The position numbers and the translations under genes were made by a program. DNA of 64,000 bases from a virus: positions 32,001 through 96,000 of IMG/VR virus record IMGVR_UViG_3300010938_000009; one strand, 5' to 3'. Position 1 is the first letter of the stretch, and each line of letters opens with the position of its first letter. The notes beneath the pieces are model-generated. The model ran no database searches. It saw only the letters and a program-made list of their open reading frames with translations, and was not told the DNA's origin. Positions 52,384-61,275 of the stretch are shown here, piece by piece.

Positions 52384-53466
52384 ATGAGTATAGTAAAAAA
52401 AGAAAGTAAGAAACTAAGACAAGCTACAGCTACTGGCGACGCTATATCTACTAGTTTATTAGACGCAGTGAATACTTCAGAGATTATAACATTATCTACT
52501 GTAGCTAGTAAGATAACTTTTCAGAGTTCAGGTACACTAGCATTTGATTATACTGTATCAGCTAACGGTATTAACTTTGTTGCTGGAGCATCTGTAGCTG
52601 CAAATACACTAGCATCGTATAACACACATAACGTAATAGCAGTAACTATTACAAGAACTGCAGGAGCTGGACGAGTATCAATATTAGCAGTATCGTAAAT
52701 GAAACAAGTTATTATAAGAAAAAATAGAAGATTTATTATAAACGAGGAACAACTAAAGCCTCAAGCTAACAAACCTGACATTTGTAATGCTCTTTATGCG
52801 GCTATTTATAGAGAATTTTTAGGAGCGAGTGAAAACCCTAAATACAAAGATTTAACGCCCATAGATAGATTAAACAAATTAAATGAGTTTGCCTTAGATT
52901 GGCTTAAAAAAAGAGGGTTAGAATAATGTCAAATCACAAATTAGAGATTAAATACAAAACTTCTAATAAAAAGCAAGGACAAAATGCTGACGGAAAGCAT
53001 AAAGCTTCCGATGGTAAAAAACGAGCACCTAGACAAGAAGATAATGGTATCGGATCAGCTTATGCAATTGCTGTAGGAGAAGCTTTAAATTTAGAAAAAG
53101 GTAGCAAACAAGGTTTTCTTGGAAAAGAAAAGAAAACTATTGACCCAAAACAGTTCGCAGGTAGTACATTAAAAAAGGAGAACAAATAAAATGGCAAAAG
53201 TAAAAGCAGAACACCAATTAAAACATAAAGGCATGAAAGCTCCAAAGCCTGATAGCGCACAATTAGGAGATGTTAAAGCAGCTCCAAAACATAAACCAAA
53301 AATGAATTACAAAGAACCAGCATTTAAACTTCAATCTGACGCTCAATCAATGGCTCCAGATCATAAGAAAAAATCTATGCCGCACGATTGTGCTCCAGAA
53401 GGAGTTTCTAGTGTTAATGGTGGAAATTCCTATCCAATGGAAAAGGATCATTCTTTAAAAAAATAA
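52384..53466 (+). CDS. Four small late proteins (52384-52698 virion-like; 52699-52926; 52926-53189 and 53191-53466 Lys-rich)
   Basis: ORF track; tight coupling. Confidence 0.55.
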
Positions 53467-53534
53467 CCTCATAATAAGATACACGATGGACAGTAGAGCT
53501 GTTCGACCTGTTCCTTGAGAGGAAAGGAGGAAAA

Positions 53535-56500
53535 TTGAGTTTTAACCTAGGCGTGTCTAATCATCCAACGAGTAGATTAGGCGGATTAAGTTCTGTAGGG
53601 ATTTATCTTTACGAAGATATTTACTATAGACAGTGGATCAGTGAGATCGCCTTGGCCTTTTATGAAGGTGAATATATCGGCCTTCGCTTTAAGTAATTAA
53701 AGAGTTATGATGCGACAAGACGAATTAAGATAAGTTCGTCGGTAACGAAAGTTACAAAAATAATATAAATAACCACAAAATGTTATCTGGTTAGACTTAG
53801 AGTAAGACAGTTTCGTAATCCTGAGAAAATTTAAAAACTGTTTACTGAGTCTCTAAAATGGGGTGAATTGCTGGAAACTCCTAAAACTCACATAGCTACA
53901 AAGTAAATCGAAAGATTAAGCTTGACATGCTAGAGAATATGTGAGATACTCCTTAAAAGGTGTAATGGATAATCAGCAGCTAAGCGTAGTAGGGTTTAAG
54001 TTACTGCGAAAGTTCAACGACTAGAAGGTGAGTCCCAACAATAAGTCCTTCCTGAGAGTGCCCGATCCTGACCGAGTAAAGTCGAAGGATAAGATATAGT
54101 CTACTCCTATTTGAAAAAAGAGGTATATGATTAACGTAAAAAAATTAAAAAGTTCCGAATTAGATTCCGCCATATATGGTATGATTCTAGGTGATGGATG
54201 TATACAAATGGCTAGTTCTGGAAAAGGAAATAGCAATTTAAAAATAGGACATTCAATAAAACAAGAAGAGTATTTAAAATGGAAACAAGAGATTGTAAAT
54301 CAAATTGGAACGGTAAAAACTAGATTTTGGTATTATCAAAAACAAAACGCTTGTTATATAGAAACCAACACTAGAAACTACTTTACTAAATTAGAAAAAA
54401 TATTTTATATTAACAGAAAAAAAACTATTAATAAAAAAATATTGAATAAATTAACAGATTTATCTTTAGCTATATGGTTTTTAGATAATGGTTATATGAG
54501 TTATAATAAATCTGGTTCTGTTTACGGAGAACTCTGTACAGATCAATTTAGTTTAGAAAAAGTACAATTAATAAAAGATTGGTTTAAAATTAAATTTAAT
54601 ATGGAAGTTGGTATTAGAACTTTACGATATTTAAGCGGCAAACAAAAAGATACTATAGCTTATAGAATAAAGTTTAACAAAGAAAACTGTATTAAATTAA
54701 CAGAAATAATTAAACCTTATGTTAATCAAGTGAGTTGTATGCACTATAAATTATACGAGAATAAAATTGCTTCTCAGGCAGTAGAGAAATCTTCTGTGCA
54801 AAAATCTGTTATTGAAGCAACAGATACTACCACTTAATCTTACTAAAGAGATTATAGATGAAACCTCTATACTATATAGAGAAGATCCTATATATCAAGT
54901 AGTAGATGATAAGGGTAAGATATTAAAAAAAGATCAAGAATTATGGGAGCAAATCCAAAAGGATTCTCGCTACTTGACCTTTATGGACAAACTTGATAGA
55001 TGGGTACGACTACTAGGTACCGTACTAGTTAAAGTTTCTTTTGTAGATCCGCAGACTGGACTACTAGTAGATAAAAATAAAGAAGGTACTGTACAACTGG
55101 ATATGCTACATGGCGGCGTATACGATATAAGACATGGAGCTTCTCCCTACTATATTACAGAATTACTTATAGGTTTTGGCACTAAATTTGGAGGATTCAG
55201 AGAAAGATCTGGAACTCAAATTATAGGCGGATCACTTACAGGTAAATTACCTGATCCTAGTAGTATGGGGCAAGCCGACATAAAAACACGACAACGAATT
55301 GATTCTCCAGGACAATTAGGTTCAGTTAATAGAATTTATTGGAGTGCTCACTCACATTACGTTGAGGACGAAGATAGTAAGTATTACGAAACTAAAAATC
55401 CTTATGGAATAATTCCTGCTGTGCCGTTTTTTAATCAAGACCCAGCTCACTATTACTTTTTACCAATTAATGAACCTCTTATTTACGCTAATCATGCGAC
55501 TAATATGAGGATTACAGATTTGAATCATATTGCTAAGTTTCAATCGTTTGGAGTACCTGTAGTAAGTGGTATCGAAAGACCTACTTCACTAAGACAAGGT
55601 AGACCTGTAGACGATTTTAACGTATTAAAAGGTGGTACAGCTCAATCTAGATTTGGTGGAATTAGTGGTTTTGGAGCTAACGGACAATTTAGAACCTTTG
55701 ACCAAGGTTTAGGAGTAACAAGAGATGGAAACGCTGATGCTAATGCATTAGGTTTTTCTATTGGACCTGATACTGCTATAGCTGTTGGAGAAAAAGGGGA
55801 TTTTAGATTTGAACACCCTTCTGCAGATATTACAGGCTTAATTAAGGTTATACATAGTATAACTGATATGGTTAGAATTAACCACGGATTAAGACCTAAA
55901 TATGAAAATACATTACCTTCATCAGGTTTTGCATTATTAATGGAGAAGATTGGTGTTATAGAAAATAATATTAGAAGAGGTAAACTCTTTAAAGAAAGAG
56001 AAGAACAACTTTTCAATGTTATTAAGAATTTGTGGAATGTACATCATAATAAATCAGGAAGTAAAAGGTTTTCTGAAAAAGCTAAGTTAATTATAACTTA
56101 CGTTAATCCTAAATTTCCAGTTGACCCTAAAACTGAAAAAGAAGATATTATGATGGAAAGTAAAATAGTAGAAACTGGAGACAGAGCTGCTATTAAAAGA
56201 ATGTATCCACACATAAAAGAACCAGAAATAGATAAATTAATTATACAAGCAAGAAAAGATAAAGAAGAAAGATCCTTATTTGAAGCTGAACTTCAAGCCA
56301 AGGTTACTGAGATTATAGGACCTAAAGAAGATCCTAAAAATCCTGGAGCTAAACATAAATATTTAAGAAAATCTAAAGAAGCAGAAAGCGACAAAGAAAC
56401 TTATATTTATGAAGACGAAGACGGAAAAGAAAAAGAAGTCAAAAGATTAGATAAGAGTAAGGAAAAACTAGGTAAGCCTAAGATCGATAATAAAGCAAAA

Positions 56501-56563
56501 CACGCTGAAGAAAGTTCTAAGCAACCTGGTAAAAATGGTGATCCAAGAAGAAAAGAGGAGTAA
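53535..56563 (+). CDS. Portal protein, predicted spliced: join(53535-53669, 53713-53725, 53783-53798, 53801-53825, 54815-56563), 645 aa
   Basis: AGGAGG SD plus TTG at 53535; joined frame reads ...LAFYEG-RQDEF-IWLDL-VRQFRNPE-KQQILPLNLTKEIIDETS..., NPYGIIP, SGFAL; lies between TerL and scaffold. Confidence 0.8.
53670..53712 (+). ncRNA. Core-less group I-type mini-intron 1 (43 nt)
   Basis: P1 GAAGGU/GCCUUC ending in U.G; P10 CGA/UCG; CUUUAA-GUAA-UUAAAG hairpin; ends in G. Confidence 0.7.
53726..53782 (+). ncRNA. Core-less group I-type mini-intron 2 (57 nt)
   Basis: P1 GACGAAU/GUUCGUC ending in U.G; P10 UUAUCU/AGAUAA; GUAAC-GAAA-GUUAC hairpin; ends in G. Confidence 0.75.
53826..54814 (+). mobile_element. 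Group I intron (IA-like core) carrying a LAGLIDADG ORF
   Basis: P AAUUGCUGGAAA 53866-77, Q AAUCAGCAGC 53971-80, R GUUCAACGACUA 54012-23, S AAGAUAUAGUC 54091-101; P7 GACUA/UAGUC; exact ends inferred. Confidence 0.88.
54127..54837 (+). CDS. Intron-encoded LAGLIDADG homing endonuclease or maturase
   Basis: IYGMILGDG, HS.KQ.EYL.WK, LAIWFLDNG, CTD.FS, M.YK. Confidence 0.88.
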   Translation: MINVKKLKSSELDSAIYGMILGDGCIQMASSGKGNSNLKIGHSIKQEEYLKWKQEIVNQIGTVKTRFWYYQKQNACYIETNTRNYFTKLEKIFYINRKKTINKKILNKLTDLSLAIWFLDNGYMSYNKSGSVYGELCTDQFSLEKVQLIKDWFKIKFNMEVGIRTLRYLSGKQKDTIAYRIKFNKENCIKLTEIIKPYVNQVSCMHYKLYENKIASQAVEKSSVQKSVIEATDTTT

Positions 56564-56565
56564 AT

Positions 56566-56913
56566 ATGGTAAAACCAGAATCTCAAAAAATATATGAATT
56601 AACCTTATTCAGAAGAGATGGTGGTCATATTAACGTAACTCAAAGTAACAACTTTGAGGAAGTAAGTTCTTTATGGACAGAATTAACAGAAAGGTGGGCT
56701 ATTGCAATAAAAGAGCAAAAGCCGTTTATTCTAAATAAACCTGTAGTCACAAGTTTTGACCCAGGTTTAATTTATGAAATAACGGTTAGACCCCTTGTAG
56801 AGACAAGCAGGGCTAATCTTAACAATCCCTATTATCAAGATATGTTAGATAAAGGTTTAGGTAACACTTTACAAAAAACTAACGGTCTTATAGATGGTGG
56901 ATATAAGTACTAG
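56566..56913 (+). CDS. Hypothetical protein
   Basis: ORF track; GAGGAG SD. Confidence 0.6.
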   Translation: MVKPESQKIYELTLFRRDGGHINVTQSNNFEEVSSLWTELTERWAIAIKEQKPFILNKPVVTSFDPGLIYEITVRPLVETSRANLNNPYYQDMLDKGLGNTLQKTNGLIDGGYKY

Positions 56914-56956
56914 ATTAAACCCTTTATAACTAGTAGAGCTAGTTGGAGGAAATTTT

Positions 56957-57883
56957 ATGGGATTAAGAAATTCCAATAGTAATGATTTGATAGGTAAACT
57001 TGGAGCTATGAAAGCTTCAAACAGTAACGGAGTTTCAACAGAAGCTTCTGTTAATACAGACGCAAGCCAGACTGATAAAGCTGGTAATAAGTCAACTTCT
57101 GCTGCCACAGGAGAGACAAATAGTGTTGAGACTAAAGGAACAGTTTCTAGTGAGAAAGAGTCTTCAGAAAATAGTTCCGTAGTTAAAGATCCTGATAGCT
57201 GGTCGAAAGAAAGTGCTCTTCTTGAAGTTAAAAAACTTCGAGAAGAAAACAAAGCTACTAGGCTCAAATACGAGGAATCTTTAGAACAACTCAAAGCTGA
57301 TATGGAAGCCCGTATCAAAGCTAGAGAAGAAAAAGAGCGTGAATTAGTTGAGTATAAAAAGCAATTAGAGGAAATCAAAACTAAAGAAGAGGACAAGAAG
57401 CGAGATTTAACTGAAAAGTTATCGCATCGGGAAGCTCTTTTAGCTGAGATGAAAATCAAACAAGAAGCTTTAGAGAAAGCTTTTCAAAGCCAATTGCAAG
57501 AGAAAGAAATGATTCTTAAAAAGTACGAAGCTGAAATTTCTGCTCAAACTGAAGTATATAAACAAAGACTAGATTCAGAATTAAACGGGATACCCGAAAA
57601 ATACAAAGAAATAGCTAGTCTTATTGTTAAAGGCGCTGGAGATCCAAGAGATGCTCTAGTAGCTCTAAGCGAAGCAAAAATCAAAGGCGTTTTTGAGGAC
57701 AAAACAGTGGTTGTAAATCACTCTGTTCCAGGAGCTAATGATGGCGCTAGAGTTACACAAGATAAATTAAATGCTGTCGAAAGAGAACGAAGAGAAAAAA
57801 TGAACTCAAGTAGTCTTATCGGAGAAGCATTGAAAAGCATTAGAAGTGGTAATCCAAACTCAGCCTTTAGATCAAACAAATAA
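56957..57883 (+). CDS. Capsid scaffolding protein
   Basis: Low-complexity N-terminus, KKLREENKA.R coiled coil, directly upstream of the capsid gene. Confidence 0.75.
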   Translation: MGLRNSNSNDLIGKLGAMKASNSNGVSTEASVNTDASQTDKAGNKSTSAATGETNSVETKGTVSSEKESSENSSVVKDPDSWSKESALLEVKKLREENKATRLKYEESLEQLKADMEARIKAREEKERELVEYKKQLEEIKTKEEDKKRDLTEKLSHREALLAEMKIKQEALEKAFQSQLQEKEMILKKYEAEISAQTEVYKQRLDSELNGIPEKYKEIASLIVKGAGDPRDALVALSEAKIKGVFEDKTVVVNHSVPGANDGARVTQDKLNAVERERREKMNSSSLIGEALKSIRSGNPNSAFRSNK

Positions 57884-57899
57884 AAGGAGTTAACATACA

Positions 57900-59222
57900 A
57901 TGGCTCAAGTAATTTCATTATCCGATGCAGCGAAACTTTCTAACAACATGCTTGTTGAAGGTATTATCGCAGACATCATTTCAATAGATGATTGGTTCAA
58001 ATACCTTCCTTTCGTAGTTTTCGAGGGGTTGGCTTACACGTTCACTAGAGAGGCTACTCTTGCTGCGGCAGATTTCGCTTCCCCAGGAACTAACTTAAAT
58101 CAATCAAAATACCAAGCTGGAGCTTCTTTCCAGAATGTAAACGTAAATTTATCTGCTATCATTGCAGATATTATCATCGACGGTCAAATTGAAGATCAAT
58201 TCAGCGAGACTAACGATCAATTACAAGTTCAAATTAGCTCAAAAGCTAAACAACTTGCACGTATTTACATGAATGCTATCATCAATGCTAAAAGATCTGC
58301 TTCTCTTACTCAGAGTAACAATGGTCCTATAGGTATTGCTGACAGATTTCACGGAATGGCTTCTATTTTAGATGCTGAATCAGGAAATGTTGATGATGTA
58401 AATCATCCATTTTACAATGCTGGTAATCCTACTCAAACAGAAGTACTAGTTGAAGACGACCCTTCTTCTCCTCGAAACGGGAAGAATGGTAGAGTTTTTA
58501 CTCTAGAAGATCTGGATGCTCTAATCGATAGAGTAACTGTAGGTCGTCCTGATTTTATCATGATGCATTCACGAGATATCCGAACACTAAGAGTTTTGAT
58601 GAGAAACACTGGTGGCGGTACAGATGCATACATGCTACAACAACAAGGTCTTGGTAACATGAAGCCTATGCTTTATTATCAAGATATTCCAGTTTTCAGA
58701 AATGATTTCATTTCTAAATCTGATCCAGTAAACAGTACTGTACATACTATCTCTTCTGTTACAGATGCTAATACTATCGTACTAAGTTCTGCTACTGCTG
58801 CTGATGCAGAACACCTTCTTCTTAGAGGGTCTGATGGCGTTAATTATAGATATGCTATTGCTTCAGGTGCCGGAACTGCTACTATTGACGTAGCTTCTGT
58901 TTCTGGTTCTTTCTTTGATCCGGAGCAAAATAAACAAGTAGCTCGACAAGCTCTTAACACTGCAGGATTATTTCTTGCTGGCGCTCAAGCTATCTCTGCT
59001 GAAAGAATTGATGGATCTTCCATCTATTGTGGATGTTGGGGAGAGTTTAAAGGGGTTGTAGGTTTTACTTCTGCTAACAACGCAGGATTGAAACTTGAGT
59101 ACGTAGGTCCTCGTGAGAACGAAAACGCTTACCAATATCGTATGAAATGGTATTGTGGATTTGACTTATACAATCGTTTAGCTTTAGCGAGAATTAAAGA
59201 AGCATTACCACTTGGTGCGTAA
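57900..59222 (+). CDS. Major capsid protein (HK97-like)
   Basis: LSDAAKL...L..GII, LPF...EG.AY...RE.TL, F.G, LEDLD.LID.V...PD, YRMKWYCG; AAGGAG SD; downstream terminator. Confidence 0.85.
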   Translation: MAQVISLSDAAKLSNNMLVEGIIADIISIDDWFKYLPFVVFEGLAYTFTREATLAAADFASPGTNLNQSKYQAGASFQNVNVNLSAIIADIIIDGQIEDQFSETNDQLQVQISSKAKQLARIYMNAIINAKRSASLTQSNNGPIGIADRFHGMASILDAESGNVDDVNHPFYNAGNPTQTEVLVEDDPSSPRNGKNGRVFTLEDLDALIDRVTVGRPDFIMMHSRDIRTLRVLMRNTGGGTDAYMLQQQGLGNMKPMLYYQDIPVFRNDFISKSDPVNSTVHTISSVTDANTIVLSSATAADAEHLLLRGSDGVNYRYAIASGAGTATIDVASVSGSFFDPEQNKQVARQALNTAGLFLAGAQAISAERIDGSSIYCGCWGEFKGVVGFTSANNAGLKLEYVGPRENENAYQYRMKWYCGFDLYNRLALARIKEALPLGA

Positions 59223-59232
59223 TAAATAAATA

Positions 59233-59260
59233 AAAAGGAGGCATTAATTTGCCTCCTTTT
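59233..59260 (+). terminator. Intrinsic terminator after the capsid gene
   Basis: AAAAGGAGGCA-TTAATT-TGCCTCCTTTT. Confidence 0.8.
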
Positions 59261-59293
59261 AACCCTTCAATAGAGCTAGAGTAGAGGAGTATT

Positions 59294-59878
59294 ATGTCAG
59301 TTTGGACAACTAAATCTTTTGATAGAAATCGAGAGTATATAGTATTAAGACATACTTTAAGAGGCGTTAATTATATTATTAACGGTATAAAGTTTAGAGA
59401 TGGTTTTGCAGTAGTAGCTAAAAATAGTAAAGATTATTATAATTTAAAAAAGATACCAGTATTAAAAGGAGCACAAGAATTTCCATTAATTCATCTAAGG
59501 AAACTACCTTTTATCACTAGAACTTTAGATATTAAAACTATTTATGGTAGAGATGTTTATAGATACTATTTACAAGAACTAGATAAAGAACTTAAAGTAG
59601 AGAAAGTAGAACGTATTAAACAAGAAATTGTAGAACATATACAAGAAAATAAGTTATGTTCTAGAAAAATAATTAAAGACGGAGAAGAGTATCTTTGTAG
59701 TTTGGAAGCTGAAGAAGTTAGTCCTAGCGGTTATTGTAAACGACATATACTATTAGACCCTAAATTACCAGAACTAGGTATACAAGTACCTTTAGTTATT
59801 CCTAAACACGAAAGAAAAAAGTTTGCCGACAAAGTATTAAATAAATTAAAAGACCTAAAAAACGAAACGCAGGAATAA
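59294..59878 (+). CDS. Hypothetical late protein
   Basis: ORF track; C..C..YC.RH motif. Confidence 0.55.
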   Translation: MSVWTTKSFDRNREYIVLRHTLRGVNYIINGIKFRDGFAVVAKNSKDYYNLKKIPVLKGAQEFPLIHLRKLPFITRTLDIKTIYGRDVYRYYLQELDKELKVEKVERIKQEIVEHIQENKLCSRKIIKDGEEYLCSLEAEEVSPSGYCKRHILLDPKLPELGIQVPLVIPKHERKKFADKVLNKLKDLKNETQE

Positions 59879-59883
59879 ATTGA

Positions 59884-61229
59884 ATGGGTACTAAGTCTAA
59901 TAGATCATCAGGAACTCAGTTTAATCCTAAAGGTATGACTCAAGGTAACACTTTAGTTGACCCTTTTACAGGGTTACCTATACACGTTATAACTGATAAT
60001 GCTGGTATTAGACGTTTAGCTGTAGATGCTAATATTACTGCTCAAAATATTACAGTAGATGTTAATTTAGATTCTGATAACGATCAAGTAGCTGTAGAAG
60101 ACCCAGATACAGGCGCACATATTAAAGTAGAACTTGATGGTTCTATTAATACTAATGTAAATATTAATGCTGCTAGTGGGGATAATATTGCCATAAAAGA
60201 CACTGATGGCGATGAATTAGATATAAACCCTGACGGTAGTTTAAATGTAAAGCTCTTAAGAGCTAATACAGAAGCTATTACCGTTTTAAACTTACCGACT
60301 GCTGCTACCGAGGTAGCTTTTACATTTCCTAATAAAACTAAATTTTACAGAATTAGAGTTAGAAATGACGCTGACGAAGTTAGGTTAGGTTTAAATACAG
60401 GAGACATAGCAAGCGGAACGTATTGGACAATAAATCGAGGAACATACATAACTTCTGAAAAAGAAATAGATTTTGTAGACAACTACACAATTTATTTTGA
60501 AAGTAAGAATAAGAATAATGTTGATTTAGAAATTCAATATTGGTACGTAAACTAATATTGAATAAAACGGAGGAAAACTAAATGAAAATGAAATTAGTTT
60601 TTGATGTTACGGACGCTAATACAATCGCAGATAGTGATAGCGTTGGAGCATATTTACGATCAAGTGACGGCACTCTAATTGACCATGCTAGTATTAATAG
60701 CGTTGATAGATTAGCAGTAGACGCAACTCTAAAAGACGGAGCTGGTACAGCTCTAACTAGCACTTTAATAGGTGGAGCGCAAGCTCTTGATGTTAATATC
60801 GTTGAAGGTATTAATGTAGAAGTAGATCTTAGCCATCTAGACGATTCAGTAAGATTAGGGGATGGTACAAATTTCTTTACCTCTACTACAATTGGAGCTG
60901 ATATCGGTTTAGACGTTAATATTATTAACAGCCTAACTGTTAATGATGCAGCTCTAGCTAACACAGCTATTGCTAATGCAGCTAACACCTTAGATGTAGC
61001 TAATACTGCAGAAAATGTTGTAGCTTCTCCCTTAGCTAATAGAAAGTACCTATTTATTTATAATAATGGTAATAAAACTGCTTATATCGGAGCTTCAGGA
61101 GTAAGCGCTGCTAACGGATTTCCTATGCCCCCTGGTTCTATGATAGAACTTAGAGCTGGTGACGCTTTGGATATTGAGTGGGTATCTAATAACACTAGTC
61201 AAAATATTAGAACTTTAGAATTAAGTTAA
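59884..61229 (+). CDS. Two virion structural/decoration-like proteins (59884-60555, 60582-61229)
   Basis: Shared RLAVDA motif, beta-rich composition, late operon. Confidence 0.55.
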
Positions 61230-61236
61230 TTAAATT

Positions 61237-61265
61237 AGGGGAGCTTTATGCTCCCCTTTTTATTT
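61237..61265 (+). terminator. Intrinsic terminator
   Basis: AGGGGAGC-TTTAT-GCTCCCCT-TTTTATTT. Confidence 0.75.
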
Positions 61266-61275
61266 CCGAGGAAGT

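Noticed and set aside
53670-54817. A single conventional intron from U53669 to G54814 or G54817
   Set aside because: It would keep the frame, so it cannot be excluded as an exon-skipped product. It leaves three guide/junction complementarities and the in-frame intervening pieces unexplained, and P10 of the first P1 matches CGA, not AAG or CAA.
54812-56563. ORF-track portal starting at TTG 54812
   Set aside because: No SD, it lies at the intron 3' end, and the N-terminal portal sequence with a strong SD is at 53535.
4481-60988. Antisense or nested ORFs (4481+, 7677+, 8968+, 10126+, 12396+, 17034+, 20270+, 20597-, 21794+, 33391+, 34169+, 44756-, 51741-, 51904-, 53060-, 54021-, 55642-, 56869-, 57718-, 58433-, 60578-)
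   Set aside because: Shadows of well-supported genes, with no motifs or SD sites.
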